DNA of 64,000 nt from Candidatus Hydrogenedentota bacterium (GTDB taxonomy: Bacteria; Hydrogenedentota; Hydrogenedentia; Hydrogenedentales; SLHB01): positions 1,024,001 to 1,088,000 of the forward strand of contig CAXXTH010000017.1 in assembly GCA_963668025.2 (NCBI GenBank), written 5' to 3'. Both the position numbers and the translations under genes were made by a program. The notes under the pieces were generated by a model that was not told where the DNA came from, made no database searches, and was given only the letters and a program-made list of their open reading frames with translations. Each line of letters opens with the position of its first letter. The first letter of the stretch is position 1. This document shows positions 55,826 to 64,000 of this stretch, piece after piece.

Positions 55826-58144
55826 TTATTCCGTAACGTCTTCGCCGATATGTCCGAGTATTTCGCCCACGAGGTCCGCCGTGACGGTTTGCCCCATGAG
55901 ATCGGCATACGCGATGATTTTGCGGAGTGCGCCGGTCATTTTGCGCACGTCGCTCGAGACGCGGGTGGCGATGAGCACCAGCAGTTCTTCGGGCACATTC
56001 GCGCTGGCCTGTTTGACTTGGTGGCGCAAGATGCTGAGGCGGGTTTCCCATTCGGGAGGGACGAGGCAGGTGACGATACCGCTGCCGAAACGGGAGACGA
56101 GTCGTTTTTCGAGCTGGCCGAGCCGGTCGGGGGCTTTATCGCCGGCGATAATGATTTGGCGGCCTTCTTCGTGGAGGGTGTTGAAGATGTGGAAGAATTC
56201 TTCTTGCGCTTCGATGCGGCCGCCCAGGAATTGGATGTCATCGAAAATGAGGACATCCCATTGGCAATAGTTTTCGCGGAATTCATCCAGGGTGCGTTCT
56301 TGAAGGGCGTCCATGAGCTTGCGTGCGAAGCGGCTTGATGAAACAAACCCGACGCTGGCATCCGGCTCGGATTGGAGGATGGCGTTGCCGATCGCGTTGA
56401 TCAAGTGGGTTTTTCCGAGGCCTACGTCGCCATGAACAAAGAACGGATTGTAGCTTTCTCCGGGATTTGCGGCCACGGCGGTACTGAGGCGGAGGGCGAA
56501 TGCATTGGCTTTTCCGCAGAAAAACGTATCGAAGGTATAACCGGCGAGGGGGGATTCCGACTCGAGGGCCATTTGGATGCGGTCGTCAATATGAAGCTTG
56601 ACGCCGGGGCCTTCCATGGCTTCGAGGATATCTTGTTCAGTTTTTCCGAGCAGGGCGGCGGCTTGGCGGCGTTTGCGCTGGGCTAATCCGCCATGTTGGA
56701 GCGAGCGGCGGGTGAGGGTGCTGACGGAAGCGATTTCAACTTGGTCGGCGGCGCGCTGGGCTTCTTTTTCCGCGCGGGAGGCGGCCTCTTGTGCGGCTTG
56801 GGTGGCGGCGAGAAGCTGGGCGGTTTGGTTTTCCTGGCTGGCCATGGCGGTCTGAATGGCGGCTTGCGCGGCCTGTGCGGCCTGCATGGCGGCTTCCGTG
56901 AGCTGGGCCATGCGCGCTTCCTGCGCCGCTTGGCTGAGCTGAATGGTTTCGAGTGCTTCGATGGCGGCGCCGCCCAACGGTTCGCGGTTCAATTCTGTTT
57001 CAGGCTGGCCGGCTGTTTCGGCTTTGGAGAGAAGCGACTGAGCGCGCAGCATCTGGGCCATGTCGCCCAGGGCTTCCCGCATTGCGTCGCGCAGGCTGCC
57101 ATGCATCACCTGCGCAAGCTCCTTTGGCGACGGCCCGGCGGGCGGGGCGCTTTTCACCACGGTGCTCATGGCTTCTTTCATGGCGTCTTGCAGGGTGGCG
57201 CGCATCTCGCTCACGACGGCGCGCATGGTGGCTTCCGGCGCGTCGGACGCCCGGGGCGTGATGCTGGATAGGGAGTCGCGCATGGCTTCCCGGACGCTTT
57301 CGCGCATGATGGCCGCGATATCGGCCGCGCTGGGCGTAGTGGAAGCAGGCGCTCGTTCGGCTGCACGGCGCACTTGCTCGGCAATGGCGAGGGCGGCGTC
57401 TTGCATGGCCCCGTGGACGCTTGCGCCCACGGCGCGGGCTAATTCCTGCGTGTCAATCGCAGGGCCTTGCGTAAAGTAAGCGTGGCGTGGCGGCGCTGTT
57501 TCCAGCGCTGTTTCGATTGCTTCGTTTTCCTCTTCCTCCTGCGGAAGAATTGGCTCGGGCGGTGGGGCGGGCGCTTCCTCTTGGGGAGGGAGATGCCGCA
57601 AGGCGGCCAATCCGAAACTGGCCATGCTGGTTTCTTCCGCGGATTCTTGGGAGCGCTTGAATAGGCGGCTGGCCACCTGAATGAAGTGGTTGTATTCGCA
57701 TAAAATGGGCTTTATTTTCAGATCGGGGCATGCCGTACGCACTAATTCGAGCGCCCGATCATCCAGGGGATCCACCATGGCGACGGTGAGGATCTTCCCG
57801 AGTCTATCAATGGGCAGCACGCCATGCTCGAAGCAGGTTTCGGCGGGCATGAGGGAGAGAATGTCTTCGGCAATGTGGTAATCGAGCAGGTTAATGTGCG
57901 GGATGCGGCATTGTTTGACGAGAAAGGTGAGCAGCACGTCTTGCTGGATATGCCCCAGTTCGACCAATGTTTGGCCTAGAAACGCGCCGGTTTCTTTTTG
58001 GCGTTCGAGGGCCTCCTCGAGCTGCTTGGGGGTGATGATCCCTTCCTCGAGCAGAATATCGCCTAACCGGCGGCGATTGGGGGTTAGGCTGTCCACACCC
58101 GGCGCGGAGTCGTCCGCGTCGTTTCTTTTCATTCGTCTAAACAT
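55826..58144 (-). CDS. MshEN/T2SSE_N domain + helical linker + DnaA-type AAA+ domain (no DnaA domain I or IV)
   Basis: RLGDILLEEGIITPKQLEEALERQ-5aa-FLGQTLVELGHIQQDVLLTFLVKQ; C-terminal YTFDTF, YNPFFVHGDVGLGKTHL, DDIQFL, QEEFFHIFN, RLVSRF, DVRKMTGAL; start could be 58195. Confidence 0.88.
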   Translation of the reverse strand: MFRRMKRNDADDSAPGVDSLTPNRRRLGDILLEEGIITPKQLEEALERQKETGAFLGQTLVELGHIQQDVLLTFLVKQCRIPHINLLDYHIAEDILSLMPAETCFEHGVLPIDRLGKILTVAMVDPLDDRALELVRTACPDLKIKPILCEYNHFIQVASRLFKRSQESAEETSMASFGLAALRHLPPQEEAPAPPPEPILPQEEEENEAIETALETAPPRHAYFTQGPAIDTQELARAVGASVHGAMQDAALAIAEQVRRAAERAPASTTPSAADIAAIMRESVREAMRDSLSSITPRASDAPEATMRAVVSEMRATLQDAMKEAMSTVVKSAPPAGPSPKELAQVMHGSLRDAMREALGDMAQMLRAQSLLSKAETAGQPETELNREPLGGAAIEALETIQLSQAAQEARMAQLTEAAMQAAQAAQAAIQTAMASQENQTAQLLAATQAAQEAASRAEKEAQRAADQVEIASVSTLTRRSLQHGGLAQRKRRQAAALLGKTEQDILEAMEGPGVKLHIDDRIQMALESESPLAGYTFDTFFCGKANAFALRLSTAVAANPGESYNPFFVHGDVGLGKTHLINAIGNAILQSEPDASVGFVSSSRFARKLMDALQERTLDEFRENYCQWDVLIFDDIQFLGGRIEAQEEFFHIFNTLHEEGRQIIIAGDKAPDRLGQLEKRLVSRFGSGIVTCLVPPEWETRLSILRHQVKQASANVPEELLVLIATRVSSDVRKMTGALRKIIAYADLMGQTVTADLVGEILGHIGEDVTE

Positions 58145-58345
58145 GCCGTCTCGCGGCTCCCTGCTGCACCTATTGCTCTGGATGAATGGTATCATTCAGG
58201 AACATGGCGGTCAAGCGATTTTCTTGCGTAACCCTTTAATCATCAATTAGTTGTCAAATGAAGCTAGCTTGAACGAGCTTGGATGTGTGATGTATGGCCG
58301 TGCATACCTGCCGCATCTGTTTGTTGTATGAAGGAATAAAATCCC

Positions 58346-58368
58346 GTGGCATAGGCATCCCGCCCATG
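58346..58368 (+). repeat. Degenerate REP singlet
   Basis: GTGGCATAGGCATCCCGCCCATG. Confidence 0.7.
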
Positions 58369-58480
58369 GAGCGTTTGGATATTTTGAGGCGCTGTAGTGG
58401 GTTACTTCAAAAATAGGGCTGGCCAGCCGCAGGTAGAAAGAGGGGCGTGTAGGATTCGCGCTTTTTTGAAAAGGAGGTTT

Positions 58481-61400
58481 TCAGGAAAAGAGCCTTTCGC
58501 GCATCAGGCAGGCGAAGCCCGCCATCAGTACGGGAAGAATGGCGGCGCGCATGGGCGCTTGGGGGACACTGTCCGCATTATATGGGTCCGTGCCGAGGGC
58601 TATTTCCACCGCGTCTGGAACGCCATCGCCATCCGCGTCGTGTGTGGGATTATAGGTGATGGTTATATCGGCGCTTCCTATTTCAGCGCCGCTGGCGTCC
58701 AGGGCGGTGATATGCAGCATATTCTGGCCAAGAATCAAGGGGAGCTCGATGCGCCATTCGGTTTCGTTTGGGGGGTGGGCGTAACGGACGCCATTCACGT
58801 CTAGTTCCGCCATGCCGGTTTCGCATGCGCCCTCCAAGGTAAAAGGGGAGATGCCAGTGGTGAAATCCTGCCCATAATTCGTGGAGATGAGCAGGGGTGG
58901 CCCGGGGCCTTCGCCGCCGGTGAGTTTGAAAATCCGCTGTTCGTTTTGCTCGAAGTCTGCACTCCAACTGGTGATGGCCGTTCCGATGAGGGCATTTGCG
59001 GTTACGTCAACGACATCCACGGGCGAGGCTCCGTCTTCGAGAATGGAAATGTCGTCGAAGGCGATATTTGTGGCGGCATACGTTCCATACACCTTCAACA
59101 ACACCCGCAGTTCGTTTGTGTAGTCGGCGGCGGTGTTCGAGAAGGTGAAATCGCCGGAAAAGGAAGTCCAGGATTTATCTTGCAGCGGCGAAGCCGTTCC
59201 CGTGGCGAGCACCGCCGTGTAGGACGCCGTACTCCATTCATGGGGTTGAAACACCAGATAGATGTAATCCGATGCGCCTGCGGCGCTGGCGTCCAGGCCA
59301 TCTATGTATACGCTGCCGGAAACGTGATAGGTTTTGCCTTGTTCCGCCTGGAGGGTGATGCCAAGCGGTTCCGAATACTGGCCGGGCGTGCTCGTGAACG
59401 GCCCTGTTTGCAGGGCGTTCGCGCCCGTATGGGCGAGCGCGCTGGTGGCGGTGCAGACAGGCAACGCGCCATACGAGGGGCTTATCCAGCAGCCGAATCC
59501 GCTTGTGGGCAGCGCGCCGGTGAATTTCTCGAAGCCGCCGTTGGGCGCTTTTTCGCCTGGAATCTGGAAGCAGCGCCTGCCGCCGCGCTCCCGCGCATAC
59601 ACATATAAATAGCGGCCATTGTAGTTAGCGGCGTCCGCCGTGCTGAGCGTGCCGGCATCCACCAGCAAGTTGATTCCGGCATACCGCGCCAGGCTCCGCA
59701 CGAGCGGAGCAGACAGGCTGGGAGCGCCGCAGAAGACGCTGTTCCATTCATTATTTTCTTGTAGCAGCAACGCGGGCAGCCCGTTGCCGCTATAGGTTCC
59801 CAGTGTGGTGAAGCCGCCTTTGGTGGAATCGCCATAAAACGAGGGGGCGATTGTGGAGGCGGACCCGAAGGCATGCCCAGCGAGGCCCTGTGCAATAGGT
59901 GATACGCCCGCCGCCATGGTGATAGTGGTATTGGCGGGCGCCGCGTTTTTCAGGAGTGGGAAGCCTGTGATGTCCTGCATATCCGCCAGCGAAAGGCCGG
60001 TTTCATTCACGTAGCCTGGCGCATACAGCCACACGAGGGTATGGCCGTTGTTTTTAGCGCCTTCCACGAGCGCCCGTTCATTCGCGGCCATGCGGAACGT
60101 ATTGACGAAAACATACAGTTTCACGCTGGATGGGATATTCGGAAGGTCTTGGATATGGTAATACCCCACGGGAACGCCGGATTCCTGGAAAACGCTCCGC
60201 TGCGCATAGGCGTTGGGCTGGGTGAGTGCGTTGCAGCCGGATTTGAGCCAGTAATAGGTTTCTTCGTCATAGATAAGGGCAACGCTTGGTTTGTAGGCCA
60301 TCGCGGCGTCAATGGAATCCTTGTAGGTTTCAGAAACCACGGCGTTGTTGCTCCAGATCGAAGGGGAGTTGAACCGCCCATCGGCCCATAGGTCCATCCA
60401 CCATAGTGCTTGATTGTGAGCGATGACATTGCCGTAATCGCGGCGCAGGCATTGCATGGTGTCCCATTCCGTCGAATACCAGGGATTAAAATTGTCCGGA
60501 TTTCCGCTGGGGTTCACCACATAGGTGTTCGAGTCGTTCTCCTGCAAGTACATTTTGCCCGAGAGCGCCACGGAATCCACCATGGACATCATGTTGCATG
60601 GCCCGCCTATTTGCCGGTCAAAATACGATACGGGGCTGCATAGGATATCGATGTCCGGCGATTCGAGGAGCCGCCGCAGGGCCAAGTGGCCCGAATGGGC
60701 GATGCCCCGGGTATAGCCGTTATTGATCAATTCGGTTTGATAGCCGTAGAAGGCGGCCACCAGGGATTTATGGCTGGTGAGCTGTTTGACGAAGGCCGCC
60801 AGCTCCGCGATGCGGTCCGCCACGAGGTTGTTATGGTATTCACAATAGTCTGGCACGGCGCGCTGTTTGGCGGGATCGCGAAAAAAGCCGTCATCGCCTT
60901 TTTGCCATTCGGCGGCGGAGGGGATGGAGATGGCGTTGAACGCGGCGTAGCTGGTTCTCCATGCGGTGTTCAGGTTCTCGATGGAGCCGTACCGTTTTTC
61001 GAGCCAGGCCACATACCGCAAGCGGTTCACTTCGCTATAGTCCCAAAAGCTAGATGCGATCTCGGGGTAGAACCACTCACCTCCGGATAGATAGGTGAGA
61101 TGATAGCCGATGATGCGGTCTTTGTAGGGCGTGTTGTGGAAAAAGCGCACCAGGCTCTCGATTTGAGCTTTCGCGTCGGTAATGAATATATCCGAGGCGA
61201 GTGAAGGCCCGGCGGCATAGGAGGTTTGCCCGCCGTTTTCGTCCACGAAGAGCTGATCGGCGTGGTTGGTTTTCCATACCGCGGAGGGGAAGATGGAAAT
61301 GCGCGGCAGAATCCATGCGTTGGGATTCGCCTGGAGCAGGAGGTCCGCCATGCCCGTGCTCATGCCCTCCCAGGGCAGATTGATGGGGATTTGCACCAGG

Positions 61401-62146
61401 TTGACGCCCGCCGACGCCGCCAGGGCGGCTTCTTCGTAGACAGCCGGATTGCCCGAATTGCCGAAGAAAAAATCGGGCGTTTGCACATTGCCGTTGATGT
61501 ACAAGCGTGGCGAGCCGTTGCGATCCCGTTTGATTTCCGCATGGGGAATGTCTGCAGAAAGCTCCCCTGGTGTGTCCATGATCTCCATGGATACGCTATC
61601 CAGGCAGGCCGCGCCCGAGACAATGCCCGTATTGAGCACCATCTGGATGTCCGCGCGGGTTGCGCCTTGCGGCAATGCACTCACGATTTCGACCGGCATA
61701 TACTCGTGGGTTCCCGCATAATCACCATTGGCGTAATGGTAGGCGAGTACTTGGCTCGAAGCGTTCCAGATGGCCACCACAAAGCGGAGGCCTTGATTGG
61801 GATTTGCCAATTGGAGGTTTTCCGTCTTGATGCAGAGCCGCACTTTCAAGAGCGAGCCTGCGGGCTGTGTGGCCACGCTTACGCCATTATGGAGAATCAA
61901 CAGGCTCTCCGTCCCGCCGAAGGCGGTTAGCGCCGCGGCATACGAGCCTTCATATATGTGGTCCGCATTGTTGGTTGTATTCCAACTCAGGGCTTGGCTG
62001 TCTGGATTGTATACGGTCCAACCGCTGGTGTTGCCTTGCTCGAAACCGCCATTGGGGAGGTTGAGCATGGCGCTCGAAGCTTCTGGAGCGCCAATCAGCG
62101 TTATGAGGCATAGAATTGCGATGGGGATGTGTGCCAGAACAAGCAT
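58481..62146 (-). CDS. Secreted multi-domain glycoside hydrolase (clan GH-A, GH42/beta-galactosidase-like) with two CBM4/9-like modules and a C-terminal anchor
   Basis: Signal peptide, two NGGFE modules, GGEWFY and QEND putative catalytic Glu, DADGDGVPDAVE..LGTDP, hydrophobic tail; AAGGAG RBS before ATG 62146. Confidence 0.72.
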   Translation of the reverse strand: MLVLAHIPIAILCLITLIGAPEASSAMLNLPNGGFEQGNTSGWTVYNPDSQALSWNTTNNADHIYEGSYAAALTAFGGTESLLILHNGVSVATQPAGSLLKVRLCIKTENLQLANPNQGLRFVVAIWNASSQVLAYHYANGDYAGTHEYMPVEIVSALPQGATRADIQMVLNTGIVSGAACLDSVSMEIMDTPGELSADIPHAEIKRDRNGSPRLYINGNVQTPDFFFGNSGNPAVYEEAALAASAGVNLVQIPINLPWEGMSTGMADLLLQANPNAWILPRISIFPSAVWKTNHADQLFVDENGGQTSYAAGPSLASDIFITDAKAQIESLVRFFHNTPYKDRIIGYHLTYLSGGEWFYPEIASSFWDYSEVNRLRYVAWLEKRYGSIENLNTAWRTSYAAFNAISIPSAAEWQKGDDGFFRDPAKQRAVPDYCEYHNNLVADRIAELAAFVKQLTSHKSLVAAFYGYQTELINNGYTRGIAHSGHLALRRLLESPDIDILCSPVSYFDRQIGGPCNMMSMVDSVALSGKMYLQENDSNTYVVNPSGNPDNFNPWYSTEWDTMQCLRRDYGNVIAHNQALWWMDLWADGRFNSPSIWSNNAVVSETYKDSIDAAMAYKPSVALIYDEETYYWLKSGCNALTQPNAYAQRSVFQESGVPVGYYHIQDLPNIPSSVKLYVFVNTFRMAANERALVEGAKNNGHTLVWLYAPGYVNETGLSLADMQDITGFPLLKNAAPANTTITMAAGVSPIAQGLAGHAFGSASTIAPSFYGDSTKGGFTTLGTYSGNGLPALLLQENNEWNSVFCGAPSLSAPLVRSLARYAGINLLVDAGTLSTADAANYNGRYLYVYARERGGRRCFQIPGEKAPNGGFEKFTGALPTSGFGCWISPSYGALPVCTATSALAHTGANALQTGPFTSTPGQYSEPLGITLQAEQGKTYHVSGSVYIDGLDASAAGASDYIYLVFQPHEWSTASYTAVLATGTASPLQDKSWTSFSGDFTFSNTAADYTNELRVLLKVYGTYAATNIAFDDISILEDGASPVDVVDVTANALIGTAITSWSADFEQNEQRIFKLTGGEGPGPPLLISTNYGQDFTTGISPFTLEGACETGMAELDVNGVRYAHPPNETEWRIELPLILGQNMLHITALDASGAEIGSADITITYNPTHDADGDGVPDAVEIALGTDPYNADSVPQAPMRAAILPVLMAGFACLMRERLFS

Positions 62147-62334
62147 GAGAACAAGCTCCTTTTCCTGAGGCGGTATGTACAGATTCATGCTACTGATTTT
62201 GGCGGTATTGCGCCTTCACAATCTCAAAAGCGAATAGGACAATCTAGCGTATCTGTGTTGCGGAAGATATTGGAATGCGTGATTTGTTTACTGGAATAGA
62301 GGGGCTAGGCCCGGCGGGAAAAACGGAAGGCTGC

Positions 62335-62364
62335 TTGACAACAGAGGGGGAGGCAGGATATACT
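62335..62364 (+). promoter_or_regulatory. Sigma70-type promoter
   Basis: TTGACA-N18-TATACT. Confidence 0.6.
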
Positions 62365-62413
62365 GAATATATTAACAGGTATATGATGGCGAAGGCCTTC
62401 AAGGAGGTCCATT

Positions 62414-62635
62414 ATGGCGACCGCACCGTATCTGTTCGAGATGGAGCCGTTCAAGGTCCGGCGCGCCATGCGTTTTCGGAGGACATCCGCGCCGCTGCCC
62501 AGCGGGGTGCGAAATGCGCTTGATCATTTAAAGCAAGTGCTGGACGCCTTGCCGCCGGAGGAAATAGAACGGCGCCGGCAACGGTATGAGCGGGTTTGCG
62601 GGATAACTGGGCCGCGCTTGCCAAGATCGAGTTGA
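62414..62635 (+). CDS. Small hypothetical protein (73 aa)
   Basis: Perfect AAGGAGGT RBS and upstream promoter; family not recognised. Confidence 0.65.
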   Translation: MATAPYLFEMEPFKVRRAMRFRRTSAPLPSGVRNALDHLKQVLDALPPEEIERRRQRYERVCGITGPRLPRSS

Positions 62636-62713
62636 TAGGTTCGAGAAAAGGCGGTTTGTTTGCGCTTTCTATGTGGAGCGCTGGCGTTGAAGCAGCGCCT
62701 AATCTTGTTTTAT

Positions 62714-62926
62714 TCAGGCAACGGAAGCGCTAGGTGATTTGCTGATGGCCAGATAGCGCCTGATTTCCGCGAATGCTTCCGCTGCGCATTCGGGGCAATA
62801 TCCATGGCTGACATCTTCCGGGCTGCACGGAAGCTCCCTATCGAGCCATGTCCCGTTGAGGCGGATTTTTTGGCACACGCAACACTGCACCACCATTGCA
62901 CTTCCTGTTTCCGTGTATGTCTGCAT
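62714..62926 (-). CDS. Small putative Zn-binding protein (CxxC...HGxCxxC)
   Basis: CCVCQKIR...SHGYCPEC; GGGAG RBS. Confidence 0.75.
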   Translation of the reverse strand: MQTYTETGSAMVVQCCVCQKIRLNGTWLDRELPCSPEDVSHGYCPECAAEAFAEIRRYLAISKSPSASVA

Positions 62927-62983
62927 TTTGTAACTCCCGAGTTAGTTTTTGTTTGAAGCGGAATACGCAACCAAGAGGAGGGA

Positions 62984-62999
62984 AGCATTTCTTGTGCCT
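62984..62999 (-). promoter_or_regulatory. Candidate sigma54 -24/-12 promoter
   Basis: Minus strand AGGCACAAGAAATGCT (GG-N10-GC), about 57 bp before the small Zn-protein start. Confidence 0.5.
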
Positions 63000-63194
63000 A
63001 TCCTTGCGTATGGGAGTATTTTCTTTTCAAGCCATTGAAGACGTGTGAGTTGCGTAAATCGGGCGAAACGGGTTTTCCCGGATGGATTGACGTGGGGTGT
63101 CCTAGAGCGGAAGAATATGCCGCCTATTGTCAAAAAACGAGCAGTTTGAAGTCTCTGGGGAAGAAGAAGGGGCCTGCGTTTGAAAAATCCCGAG

Positions 63195-64000
63195 GGGTGT
63201 GCGTCCCAATTGTGCTTTCATGCGGCATCTTTCCTAGCTCTGTCGGCCCAGAAGTCTTCGAAGTCTCTGTTCAAGAAGGCGCATCGTAGCGTAATGATCT
63301 TGTTTGCACCGTTGACCGTCCATCTCATTCCGGACTGCTTGAGCCGTTTTCCTACAACATTTTTGCAGCCGGCCTCTATGACGCCGGAGCCGACGAACAG
63401 TTTTTGTTCCCGGAATTCGGCATAGCGCATCATGTGGGCGCGGCTGCCCAGATACAGAAAATGTTCCCAGGCCGCCTTGCCGTCATCGTCGTGGCTGGGC
63501 ATGTGTGGCCGCAGTAGCTCCAGGGCCTGCGCGGCCTCTCCCTGCCGCACGAGTTCGCTGAGGCTTTGGCGCATCCGCATCCCCAGCTCAGTGGTCTTCC
63601 CAAAGAGCAGCGCGCACAACAGCGCCAGGTGTTCCAGTGCGTGATACAGGTCGAGGATGTGAACGGCCCCGGGGAAGTAGTCGGCGGCGATGTTCGCTAT
63701 CCATTGCGCGCCGTCGGAAAGGACCACCACCTTTTGCGCGCGTTCCAGTCCACGGCGCTGGGCTTCGGCGAAGATGCGGCCTGCAAAGGCTTCGGCGTTT
63801 TCCACGGCGCCGGAAAAGGTGGTGCTGCCGGGGTCGCGCACCGGCTCCCCCTTCTCGTCCGTGCTGGTTTGTGTGAAGACGCATCCGATTTTGGCCTCAC
63901 GGGTTTTGGCGGATCCGTCTTGCGCCTTTCCCTTGCGCCCGTCCGTTTCGGACTTGACGACGGGAACCCCCGTGCCGTCCATTTCGATGTACAGGACGGG
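63195..64000 (-). mobile_element. ISKra4-family insertion sequence, right part (transposase 3' portion ends at 63218)
   Basis: DGTGVP, SDGAQWI, LD.YHA.EHL, GSGVIE.GCK.VV..RLKQSGMRW; IR-like end GGGTGTGCGTCCC at 63195. Confidence 0.88.

Noticed and set aside
55826-56540. Calling this the chromosomal dnaA or a nearby oriC
   Set aside because: No domain I or IV, no dnaN neighbour, and no DnaA-box cluster noticed in the flanks

Overview
GC-rich bacterial chromosome segment. The lineage is uncertain; Candidatus Hydrogenedentes is my guess from gene style and is not verified. Layout: (1) 1-11.9 kb accessory block with surface-glycan genes, a queD-queF-TauE operon in which both que genes carry single-base frameshifts, a URO-D-family enzyme, MerR, a nucleotidyltransferase and an orphan sugar ABC permease. 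(2) 12.2-40.5 kb core cluster rpoB-rpoC-rpsL-rpsG-fusA-tuf-S10-spc-alpha, with no rplKAJL before rpoB, no rpmD and no rpsD. (3) 40.7-48.4 kb polyol-phosphate dehydrogenases, ppnP, an ion-transporter permease and tolA-tolB. (4) 48.6-58.1 kb minus-strand type IV pilus locus pilB-pilT-pilS-pilR, split by a decayed DUF4160/DUF2442 pair. (5) 58.5-64 kb large secreted glycoside hydrolase, two small ORFs and a truncated ISKra4-family transposase. The standout is the gene at the head of the pilus locus (55826-58144). It fuses a near-consensus MshEN c-di-GMP-binding domain, through a helical-repeat linker, to a complete DnaA AAA+ domain III with no DNA-binding domain IV, making it a candidate link between c-di-GMP/pilus signalling and replication initiation. 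Intergenic DNA holds two small mobile repeat families: REP/REPIN hairpins, and ~150-bp inverted-repeat elements built from 8-9-nt periodic units. No tRNA, rRNA or CRISPR array was seen. All calls come from motif recognition by eye; no searches were run.
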